Positions 50,860-64,000 of a DNA stretch of 64,000 bases are shown in pieces. The notes below the pieces were generated by a model that saw only the letters and a list, made by a program, of their open reading frames with translations, made no database searches and was not told the origin of the DNA. How positions within the stretch are numbered: position 1 is the first letter of the stretch; every line of letters starts with the position of its first letter. The stretch lies in contig NC_043003.1 in NCBI RefSeq assembly GCF_006345805.1, forward strand, positions 21,762,001 through 21,826,000. The letters run 5' to 3'. This stretch comes from Octopus sinensis (Eukaryota). Both the position numbers and the translations under genes were made by a program.

Positions 50860-53668
50860 GATTTGATTTTGATTGTTCTCACTGGTCTTGCCGGGTCTTC
50901 TCACGCACAGCATACTTCCATAGGTCTCGGTCTCTGGTCATTTCCTTGGTGAGACCTAGAGTTCGAAGGTCGTGCTTCACCACCGCGACCCAGGTTTTCT
51001 TGGGTCTACCTCTTCCACAGGTCCCCTCAACTGCCAGGGTGTGGCACTTTTTCACACACCTATCTTCATCCATTCTCGCCACATGACCATACCAGCGCAA
51101 TCGTCTCTCTTGCACACAACATCTGATGCCTCTTAGGTCCAACTTTTCTCTCAAGGTACTTACACTCTGTCGACTATGAACACTGACATTACACATCCAA
51201 CGGAGCATACTAGCTTCATTTCTCGCGAGCTTACGCATGTCCTCAGCAGTCACGGCCCATGTTTCACTGCCATGTAGCATGGCTGTTCGTACACATGCAT
51301 CATACAGTCTGCCTTTTACTCTGAGCGAGAGGCCTTTAGTCACCAACAGAGGTAAGAGCTCCCTAAACTTTGCCCAGGCTATTCTTACTCTAGCCGTTAC
51401 ACTTTCGGCACACCCACCCCCACTACTGACTTGGTCACCAAGATAACGGAAGCTATCAACTACTTCTAGTTTTTCCCCCTGGAAAGTGACGGAAGTTGTT
51501 TTCTGCAGATTTTCAGAGGTTAATGCTCCCGAGCATCTGCCACATACAAAAACCATCTTCCTAGTTAGCCTTCCTATGACATTGCTGCACCTCTTATGTG
51601 TCCATAGCTTACACTTGGTGCATCTTATAGAGTTTCTGCCTACACCTTTTCTACAGATCGAACAGGGCCATCTACCTGAAGGCGTTTGTGATTTGTCTAC
51701 CTTCCTACTTATTACGACTTTGGTTTTAGTTAAGTTGACTCTAAGGCCCTTCGATTCTAAACCATGCTTCCACACCTGAAACTTCTTCTCCAGTTCTGAT
51801 AATGACTCAGCAATAGAGCAAGGTCATCAGCATAGAGGAGCTCCCAGAGGCATCCTGTCTTGAATTCCTCCGTTATTGCCTGGAGGACTATGATAAATAG
51901 GAGGGGGCTGAGGACTGAGCCTTGGTGGACCCCTACCTCTACCCGGAATTCTTCACTGTACTTATTGCCAACCCTCACCTTACTAGCAGCATCCCTGTAC
52001 ATGGCTTGCACAGCTCTCACTAACCATTCATCTATTCCTAGTTTCCTCATTGACCACCAGATGAGGGATCGGGGGACCCTGTCGAAGGCTTTCTCCATGT
52101 CAACAAAAGCCAGGTACAGGGGCTTATCTTTGGCTAGGTATTTCTCCTGCAGCTGCCTTACCAGGAATATAGCATCAGTGGTACTTTTCCCTGGCACGAA
52201 CCCAAACTGCATCTCATCTAAACTAACTCTCTCTCTAATTAGTTGGCTTATGACCCTCTCTGTAACCTTCATCACCTGATCCAACAGCTTGATACCTCTG
52301 TAATTATTTGTATCTAGGGCATCACCTTTACCTTTGTAGCAGTTGACTATTATGCTGCTACACCAGTCATTGGGTATGACTCCTTCATGTATCACCTGAT
52401 TAACTATACAGGTGACTAGGCTATAGCCGACACTACCAGATATTTTGAGCATCTCTGCAGTGATACCTGATGGGCCTGGGGCTTTCCCTGTCTTCATGCT
52501 TCTAATTGCCTTAGCTACCAAGGAACTATCAACCCTGATCGCTGGTCCCTCTGTTGGGTCAACGTTCAGCAGACTCTCTTTATCCCATTCATTTTCTTTA
52601 TTCAGCAACCTTTCATAGTGGCGTCTCCAAGCCTCTCTCTTTGCATCCTCGTTTAGCGCAAGTGAACCATCTTCCATGCGAACACACTTCTCTCCTACCA
52701 CATCACAATTCTCTCTCACACACCGTCTTGCAACGCGAAACACCTCCAGTCTTTGGTCCTCATGGCGCAGAACATTGGCAAATTTTTTCTTATCTGCTTC
52801 CCCTCTGGCTAGATAGACCTGTCTCCTAGCTTCCCTTTTAGCAGTCTGATACAATTCCCTGCTACCACCATTCTTCCAGTGCTTCCAAGTCTGTCTCTTT
52901 TCTCTAATAGCCCTGTCTACAACACTGTTCCACCACCACATTACCTTGGGACGAGAGGGCACTTTGCACCAGCCACAGATCTGGTCAGTGGCTCTCAGCA
53001 GGTTGTCCCTTAGAAACGTCCAGTTGCCCTCTACCCCATGTGATACTCTATCCCCTTCTACTTCGTCAAAGGTTTCAAGTAACATGTCTCTAAATCTCTG
53101 TCCATTCGCAGGGTCCTTAAGCTTCCAGATCCTTCTTCTCCATGCTGGTCGTCTTCTGGTTGTCCTCCTACTCCTGATCCTAAAGTCACTAACTACCAGT
53201 CTATGTTGTGGGGTACATTCTTCGCCTGGGAAGGTTTTGGCATTTATAAGTAGCCATCTCTCCCTTTGCCTGGCAAGGATGTAGTCAATTTGGCTGGTAT
53301 GTTGGCCCGATCGGTAGGTTTCCTGAAGTTAGTGTTGCAAATCATAAGATTATTTGCATCGCAGAACTCCAGCAGCCTGGTTCCCTCCTCGTTGCGGGAA
53401 CCAGAGCCATAGCCTCCATGTACGCCATGGAAGCCCCCAGCATGTTGTCCAACGTGACCATTGAAGTCGCCAGCCACAAAGAGAAGGTCTCTGTCGTTCG
53501 TCAACGAGGTAGTCTGCAGTAGAGTGTCATAGAATCGGTCTTTCTGTCCATCAGGTAGCCCCGACTGAGGAGCATAGGCTGATATAATGGTTGCTAAACT
53601 ATGATGAAGCGCTAATCTAATCTTAAGTATTCTGTCGCATACTCTGATTACCTCAATTACTTTATCTT
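50860..53668 (-). mobile_element. Young 5'-truncated RTE-clade LINE (APE endonuclease C-half, RT, C-terminus) with two frameshifts
   Basis: AYAPQ, VAGDFNGHVG and QIDYIL (APE); KAPGPSG, YRGIKLL, QFGFVPG, FVDMEKAFDRV, GVHQGSVLSP and YADD (RT); short (ATCAA)-type tail. Frameshifts near 53312 and 51770. Confidence 0.97.
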
Positions 53669-53799
53669 GATTACCTCAATTACTTTATCTTATATATAAA
53701 ATGATATACAAGCAAGTGTCTTCTATAGCTCCAGGCTGACCAAAGCCTCATGAGTGAATTTGGTATATATATATATATATACATACATATACACACTAA

Positions 53800-55460
53800 G
53801 GTTATGACTTTTTGGGGTTTTTGGGAAGTAAACAATTTCCTGTATGAAAAGTCAATGGACAAGTTCATATAAGTAGGGAAAATAATTTTTATTTTAAGTT
53901 TTTTTAAAAAATGTCTCCTCCAACTGAAGAAATCTAACACGAATTTTGACCAAAATCATGCAAAATTCTAGGGGATTCATAACGCCTACTCAAGGTTTTA
54001 CCAAACTTGGTGTGCTGAGTTAATGCAATACAGAAGCAGTATATCTCAAATTTCAGCTTTCAAGTTTAAGTAGTTTAGGAGTTATAGAGTTTATGTTACC
54101 ATTTAAGCCCTACTTTAGGAAATAACCTCTTTCTTTCCTTTTTTATTTCTGTGACTTTAAAAACTCTGACTATATTAACTGTTTTTCAGAACAGTAGGCT
54201 TATCCAACTAGAGTATCTAAAATAATGTCTCATAAGTGAAGCGCTTGTGTCACTCAAAGAAACACACAATCTGGATGAAGAATCTCGTGCAATTTCGAGA
54301 CTCACATAGGAAAAGAAGACCTGTTCCTCTAGAAGAGCATTCTTTGGAAAACAACTACAGGATACCAATGAAATTGCAAAATGTCGGTTGCTACCTGAAA
54401 CTTGGAGGTACCATCAAAGGAAGGAAACAAAGAACAAAAGAAGGCATGAAAATTCATTTCCCAGAGTTTTTCATTTCTTTGAAGAAACCAGAAAATTTCC
54501 TACTGTAAAGTTTCAAAAAATACCCAACATAAGTAATGCAAGATGGAATTCTCAAGGAATACTCACTCTTTTGGCATTTATTCTTCTACCAGAGAAAAGA
54601 GTTTTACTTCTCAATGTTTGTTGATTCATCTCTTACAGTTGGACAGATTTTTGGTTTACTGACCAAATGTACAATGCACATGATTATCAGAAGTTATGTG
54701 GTAGCCTGCAAGTTCATAAAAAAACATTGAACTCTGTAAAAACCTTTGGAGTCGAGAACCATCAAAACTGGAAATTCTCAGAACAAATCAGATTGCAGAA
54801 CAGGCAATCAAGTGCCTTCAAGATCTTTATGATGTTTGTAAAAAGGAGGAACTTCAGCTTCAATTTCTTTTAATATTAATTCTTTAAAAATTTGCTAACA
54901 TTCAGCACCCTTTTTCTTATACTGCTATTTAAAAGTGGTATAAAAAAGTTAAAATTGTGTATTGTTTTTAATTTTGTATGTTATCAAATGCTTGTAGTGG
55001 CCTCTGTCTTAAAATAGTCTAGTTTTGAACCTTTGCATATAACAATTTCAATTCAGTAATCTTAAAAATGTATAAATACACTTTTATTCCACATCTCTCT
55101 TGCATTTACAAGGATTTAGATAGCAGAAATACTTAAGTGTGAATCTAGTGCCACCTAGTGATTATAGTTTTAAAAGCCCATAACTCCAAAACTTCTTCAA
55201 CTAGAAAGCTGAAATTTCAGGTATACTATTTCTGCATTGCATTGAGTCAGTGCACCAAGTTTGGTAAAAACTTGAGCAGGTGTTATGAACCCCACCCTGC
55301 TAGAATTTTGCATGATTTGGGTCAAAAGTGGTGATCAATTTAAGTTGAAGGTGACATTTTTTTTTCAAATGAAGCAAAATAAATGTTAGTTTCCTGACTT
55401 TTATGAAATTATTCATCAAATTACAGTATAGGGCTATTAGGTTGTGAAAAAGTCATAACC
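53800..55460 (+). mobile_element. DNA transposon with ~290-bp imperfect TIRs, 4-bp TSD (CTAA), decayed transposase (Sola-like?)
   Basis: ctaa|GGTTATGACTTTTT ... AAAAAGTCATAACC|ctaa; 53930-54085 mirrors 55178-55350; internal ISNARWNSQGILTLLAFILLPE and NQIAEQAIKCLQDLY remnants. Confidence 0.7.
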
Positions 55461-55771
55461 CTAACACACACACAACTAAAAGAGCCAGAATACCACACAT
55501 CTCTCAGTTCATCTAGCAATCCTCTTCTGGCACTTTCCATTCTGCATTCAAATCCTTCAAAGGTTAGCATTGCTTTCATCCTTTTGGGATCATCAATGAA
55601 TACAGTACCAATCAACTACTGTGGTCAATGTAATCAAACCAAACCCTTCCTCATAAAAATTGCTGGCCTTGTACCAAAACATGAAAGAAATATTTAACCC
55701 TTTAGCATCCTGATTACTTACACAAATGTTATGTATGTTCATTCACATTATTTTGAATTACTCATGCATTA

Positions 55772-56182
55772 TCTATTATATAAAATCCGTTCTGTCTGTC
55801 TGTGTGTGTGTCTTCTAGGATCTTGGGCATCCTCCATCCGATTGCGCTCAAATTTGATATGTAGATACCAATGGTATCAGGGTCATGTATAAGTCTTGAA
55901 AAAATTACAAAAATCGATTTCAGGTGAGAATGCGATCGATAAAGCCGTGGTAACGTGCATTTGTACGCGCGTGTACATTGGCTGTTGCGATTGATACAAC
56001 TAATACGTGAGAAAGTTTATCTTTATTTCTTCTTTTGCTGGTGTCTCAAATTTAAGTTAAATCAGTGTTTCTCAAAGGGGAGGCCTATGGGACGGTCGGA
56101 CAAGTTGTTTTGAGAAAATTTGGTCTAAATGTTTGACAACTCAGCACCGTCCATTGGACGGGGAGGGGGGGCGTTTTGCTCG
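55772..56182 (+). mobile_element. Non-autonomous Helitron-like element
   Basis: Inserted at A|T; 5' TCtattatataaaatccgttctgtctgtctgtgtgtgt; 3' hairpin ccgtcc-att-ggacgg then CTCG (CTRR variant); no TSD. Confidence 0.65.
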
Positions 56183-56457
56183 TCTTATATATTTGAGATT
56201 TCTAAGTTGTGATTATTTATGATTTGAATGGCATTGTCAGGTAGTTGTGAAAGGCCAGATCTAGCCAGTGTGAACATAGGCGTAATAGTGGCTGTGTGGT
56301 AAGTAGCTTGCTTACAAACTACCTGGTTCCTGGTTCAGTCCCACTGTGTGGTACCTTGGGCAAGTGTCTTCTACTATAGCCTCAGGCCGACCAAAGCCTT
56401 GTGAGTGGATTTGGTAGATGGAAACTGAAAGAAGCCCGTCATATATATATGTATATG

Positions 56458-57870
<1,413 letters not shown>

Positions 57871-57877
57871 TATATTG

Positions 57878-57964
<87 letters not shown>

Positions 57965-58628
57965 TTGTGTGTCTCTGTTTGTCTCCCCAACATCGCTTGA
58001 CAACCAATGCTGATGTGTTTACATCCCCATAACTTAACAGTTCGGCAAAAGGGACCAATAGAATAAGTCCTGGGGTCGATTTGCTCGACTAAAGGCGGTG
58101 CTCCAGCATGGCTACAGTCACCTGACTGAAACAAGTAAGAGTAAAGAGTAAAGAGTAAAATAAAACAGGTAGAACATTTTGGGCCAGATATGGCCGCTTT
58201 GAATGCTAAAGGGTTAATTTATTTACAAGTCTATGTGTTTGTATGAGTTTGCGTGCACCTATGTATATATTTGTTTTTTTATGTACAGCCACATTATTTT
58301 CTATTGTCTTTCTCCTATCAATGGAGAGAAGTAATCTTTCTGTGTTGATATGATACAGAGTAAAATTCTTCTGCTTTGAGGGTTAAAGGGCCTAGAAAAG
58401 AACTGGAAGTGATTTTAGGCCATAGACGAATGTGTGTTTAAAAGTACATTAGTCATGAGATTTTGTTGACATATTAAATTATTTTTGGAATATAGATTTC
58501 CTTGCTGTGAACTTTACTATTACACAGAGGTATGTCATATAATTGATATTTCTCATAGTGTGTGTTTTCTTTAACTGGTTTAATCATTGATCTGTGGTAA
58601 TGTAGTGGTACACATGTGTGTGTGCACG

Positions 58629-58661
<33 letters not shown>

Positions 58662-58775
58662 CACACACACACACACACACACGCACACAAACACACACAC
58701 ACAATAACTGTGTCTCTTCTCATCCTCTCTTTTAGTAACTTCTTTCCCTGTTGTTGAGTTACACATACACAGACG

Positions 58776-58807
<32 letters not shown>

Positions 58808-58812
58808 CACAC

Positions 58813-58851
<39 letters not shown>

Positions 58852-59309
58852 ATTAGACACAAACATGCTCACATGCACACAAACACACAAACACACAAGT
58901 ATGCATAAATACATTCTTTCTTGAGAGACTTACCATATATCTTGATATATGACTTTCTATTGGCAATAACTGAATCTGGGTACATAGTAAAATTTACCCT
59001 GTGAAGCAGGCCTAAACTGCTGATTTACCCCCACTTTCTCATGGTTGACTCCTGGTACCTGTCAGACAGTCACAGAGCTTACTTGGCAGATTATAGAGGT
59101 GGTTTTCCATTGCCTTCTTTCAGGGACTGGTTTATCCCCCTGGATTATGGTTTCTGCCAGCTAAATTCCACTTGTAAAGCATTGAACAATCCAAGGCCAT
59201 AGAAAAAGATAATTTTTTAAAGAGGTCTTTTAGCAAAATTGAACCCAGAATCATGTTGTAGTGAAGTGAAATTCTTAACCACATGGCTATGCCAGGACTT
59301 TATAATATA

Positions 59310-59362
<53 letters not shown>

Positions 59363-59422
59363 GAAACATGTATGTAAATACATAGTGAAAGTAAGAGAAA
59401 TGAAACTAATATATATATATAT

Positions 59423-59463
<41 letters not shown>

Positions 59464-59966
59464 TTAATGTCCACTTTCCATGCTGGCATGGGTTGGACAG
59501 TTTGACAGGAGCTGGCCAGACAGAAGACTGCACTAGACTTCTGTATCTGTTTTGGCAAGGTTTTTCAGCTGGATGCTCTTCCTAACACCAGCCACCCAGC
59601 AGAGTGGACTGAGTGCTTGGCACAGGTGAGATCAGTTTTGGCATGTTTTTACAGCTGGATGCCCTTCCAAATGCCAACCACTTTACAGTGTGAACTGGAT
59701 GCTTTTTAGCTAGCATCAGCACTGACAGGGTCACCGAGTAAGATCCTTTGAGAGGGGAGGAGACAGATGGAGGAGGTGATCTTGCATCAGATGATGAAAG
59801 GTTATAGTGAGAGAGACAAGACAGAAACAGGTGTCTTATTGTAGAGGAGGTATATGATTACCCAACCAGAGAGAGAGGGAGTGATCAAGAATGAGAACAG
59901 AAACAGGTGTACTGCTGTGAAGGAGATACATGGTTATCTAGCCTAAGGGATGAACAGGAAAAGGAA

Positions 59967-60008
<42 letters not shown>

Positions 60009-60233
60009 AAATTATCATGTTTATTCTCAACTGAAGCAAGGCTCTATAACCTCACTACCTCCTCCTGGTCCAATAAAAAAAAAGAGAATGGACGTTGTGG
60101 AGGGGGTCTCTAATAAACCAGCCTCTCAGTCCACAAAAACAGGTGTGTTGCTGTGAAGGAGATATGTGGTTACCCAGCCTGAGGGATGAGCAGGAAAAGG
60201 GGAGAGAGAGGGAGAGGGAGAGAGAGAGAGAGG

Positions 60234-60290
<57 letters not shown>

Positions 60291-60699
60291 AAGAGTGCAA
60301 GAGAAACCAGGAGAGAGATGGTGGTGAAATGCTGGGCATACTCACAAGGGTCAGTGATCAGAATATAAATGGGATAGTAGAGTAAAAGTAGAGAGAGGTA
60401 GATGGTGGCAAGTGCCAGGACATACCCTTGAGGCATGGCGGTCATAATATAAGTGACAGGGTATTGCCAAAGAAGTGTGAGTAGAGAGTGGGGGTGGGGA
60501 ATGCAGTGAGTGGTTGAAACCTGTGTATATAGAGTGGGGTGGATATATACTGGATAGCAATGATACAGTGAGCAGTGCCATGAGGATAGGATTGGGGAGT
60601 GAGAGATAAGCATGAATAAGGAAATGTGAGGAAGAGATGTAGTTTGGTTTGTTGGGGTTGGGTGTGTGAAAGGTTTTCTTGTTATGTGTGGATGGAACA

Positions 60700-61480
60700 A
60701 ACAGCACACTTCTAGAACTCAGTTTCGCTGATGTGGTTGGGTCTTTTTCAAGAACCTCATATGCCGGACATCTCTGTCCATTGTCATTTCCTCCATAAGG
60801 CTAACGGAGTCACATGATTGATAGGTTATCAGGTGGCTAGCTGGCTCCCTGAAGTTGGTGTTGCAGATCAATAGGTTATTTGCATCACAGAACTCCAGGA
60901 GCCTAGTTCCCTCTTCATTTCTGGTACCAACTCCTTAGCCCCTATGTACACCGTGGAAGATACCAGATTGCTGTCCGACATGCCCATTAAAATCTCCAGC
61001 CACAAAGATGAGATCATTATCACTCACTCTTAAGGTAGCCTGCAGAAGAATATCATAAAAGTGATCCTTCTGTTCATTTGGTAGGCCCGCTTGTGGGGCA
61101 TAAGTGGAGATGATTGTAGCTCTACTATTCTGCAAGACTAGCCTGAGTTTAAGTACACCCTCACTACCTCTACGACCTTATCCACCTATTTCTCTGCAAG
61201 AAGTATGCCCACACCCCTATTCCATCACTATTACCATCCCAGAAGAGTTTATACTTAAGTGCTTTGCCTGTGAGGACTCTGGTTGAAGCTCTTCTCCATC
61301 TTACCTCTTGCACACAACATATATCAACATGTCTCTGTTCAAGCATCTCTACAATCTCACTAGACCTACCTTTCAATGTGCCTACATTTAGAGTGCCAAC
61401 TCTGAACACTAGGAAAGTGATATTGGAGGTAACACAGGAAGGAGAGATGTTATTCAGTACCTGAAAAGAAGGATCCCGTG
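60700..61480 (-). mobile_element. Degenerate RTE LINE 5' (APE endonuclease) fragment
   Basis: FRVGTLNVGTLKGRSSEIVEMLEQRHVDICCVQEVRWR and ISTYAPQAGL...FVAGDFNGHVG. Confidence 0.88.
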
Positions 61481-62753
61481 AATGTTTGGTAAGAGGTGTC
61501 ATAATAGTTGTTATTGCTTATAACCTACCGTCATTTGGACATGTTAGTGTTGTTAAGATTATTACCTCTACTGGAAGGAGGGAATGAGGAAGCATTGTAT
61601 ATGAAAGTGTTTGGGGCATTGTTGTGAGCCTTGTAGGAGAAGCATTATTGATGCTGCAGAAAAAAAAACATATATACATACATATATATCATCATCATCA
61701 TTTAACTTCCGCTTTCCATGCTAGCATGGGTTGGACGATTTGACTGAGGACCGGCGAACCAGATGGCTGCACCAGGCCCCAATCTTGATCTGGCAGAGTT
61801 TCTACAGCTTGATGCTCTTCCTAATGCCAATCACTCCAAGAGTGTAGTGGGTGCTTTTACGTGCCACCGGCATGGGGCCAGTCAGGTGGTACTGGCAACG
61901 ACCTCGCTCGAATGTTTTTTTTATGTGATACCGGCACAAGTGCCAGAAAGGCAATGCTGGTAATCACAAGGCTTTGGTCGGCCCGAGGCTATAGTAGAAG
62001 ACACTTGCCCAAGGTGCCACGCAGTGGGACTGAACCTGGAACCATGTGGTTCGTAAGCAAGCTACTTACCACACAGCCACTCTTACACACACATATATGT
62101 GTATATATATATATATATATATCATCATCATATGTATATGATGGGGTTTATTACAGCTAGTTTTCTATGACCTGATGCCTTTCCTGTTGCCAGTCCCCAC
62201 TTGTTTTTCACAGAAGATTGGAAAAGGATGACAGTAAATGTATGTTACACATAGTATGTGGCAGCTGCTTATTATGATTACGTCATCAAATAATTACCAT
62301 CAAAATTAGTCAGTCCAAAACTCTACCATTAAATTGTGAAATATTCCGTTTAATGTTATCAGTTTGTTATGGTTATCTGAAAGTTGCTTTCTCAAAAAAT
62401 AAAAAACAAAAAACGATCACAATAAGCAGCTTTCATTGTATACGACTTGCTATTGCATGTCATATGTACAACAAATATGTGATTTTTCAGCTGTTGCTAA
62501 AATGGATAGGCAACTATTACTTTCAGTGATGCCAGCTGTTTTTTACCATCTCAAAACATTATTACCAGTTTACATATTTACATTTACCTCTCTGTATCTT
62601 TCTTTCTGCCTGCCTGCTTGCCTGCCTGCCTGCCTACCTACCAACCAACATACCTACCTAGATAGTTCCTTCTAAATCTCTATATCTCTCCCTTTCTTCA
62701 CTATCTAGGTATTTCTGTGTCTATTTCTCTCCCTATCTCTTTTTACCCCTTTA

Positions 62754-62792
<39 letters not shown>

Positions 62793-64000
62793 AGCAGTGA
62801 GCTGGCACAAACGTTAGCATGCTGGGTGAAATGCTCAGCTGTAGTATTTTATCTGTCTTTACTTTCAAATTCAAATTCCACTGAAGTCAACTTAGCCTTT
62901 CATCCTTTTAGGGTCAATAAATTAAGTACCAGTTGTATACTGGGGTCAATCTAATGAAATGGCCTCCTCCACCAAAATTTCAGGCCTTGTGGTTAGAGTA
63001 GAAAAGATTATTATTATTATCATTAATCGGCAGAAGTTACAGAGTGACTCAAGGGCTGAGAGTTTCATGTATTGACACTTATCAAACTTTGCTGCTTGTT
63101 AATAATAACAAAATATAAATATATATTCATGTTGCAAGTTCTGTTTTTCTGTTTGCATCACCAAACTCATACATACATAACATATAGCTGTAGAAGCATG
63201 TGCCGACCTCTAATTGTGGAAGTAACCTGAGGAAGAGGTAGTCCCAGGAAGATATGGGATGAGGTAATGAAATGTGATCTTTAGATGTTGAGACTCGTGC
63301 AGGTTATGACAAGTAACTGGCGAATTGTTGTGCTTAAGACACGTCAAGATAAGTGAAATTGTGGTTGTAGCTAATGCTGGTGATGTGTGACTGGCACCTG
63401 TGCCACTGACACATAAAAGGCATCCAATATACTCTGTGGTTCAGCTGGGGTTAGAAAGGGCATCCAGCCATGGAAACCAAGCTAAAACAGACTGGAGCCT
63501 GGTGCAGCTCTCTGGGTTACCATCTCCAGTCAAATTGTCTAACCCAAACCAGCATGGAAAATAGATGTTAAATGATGGTGATCATTTTATATATATCATC
63601 ATCATCATCATCATCGTTTAATGTCCACTTTCCATGCTAGCATGGGTTGGACGGTTTGACTGAGGTCTGGCGAACCAGATGGCTGCACCAGACTCCAATC
63701 TGATCTGGCAGAGTTTCTACAGCCCTTCTTAATGCCAACCACTCCGAGAGTGTAGTGGGTGCTTCTACGTGCCACCAGCACGAGGGCCAGTCATGAGGTA
63801 CTGGCAACGGCCACACTCAAATGGTGCTTTTTATGTGCCACCTGCACAGGAGCCAGTCCAGCGGCACTGGCAACGACCTCGTTCGAATGTTTTTTCACGT
63901 GCCACCAGCACAAGTGCTAGTAAGGCAATGCAGGTAACGATCATGCTCGAATGGTGTTTTTAACGTGCCATCAGCACGGAGGCCGGCTTGTTGCTCTGGC

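Overview
Eukaryotic, AT-rich, repeat-dense animal genomic DNA. The SINE, RTE-LINE and microsatellite content resembles that of octopus (cephalopod) genomes; the taxon is inferred from repeat content, not proven. The main content, fragmented in the ORF track, is an intron-rich class II xylose isomerase (xylA-like) gene on the minus strand. I assembled 14 coding exons by hand, from ATG 29257 down to 718: 1296 nt, 432 codons, all GT-AG introns, all phases compatible, no stops. The recognised catalytic and metal-binding motifs are intact. The final coding exon appears to lie beyond the left edge. The right half (30-64 kb) has no identifiable protein-coding host gene. It contains a young, frameshifted RTE LINE, a long-TIR DNA transposon with a 4-bp TSD, mariner/pogo/Helitron/piggyBac-type remnants, a four-level nested insertion with a Penelope-like direct-plus-inverted cassette, and several near-perfect fold-back palindromes. 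Several inverted repeats bracket xylA exons and could form pre-mRNA duplexes.
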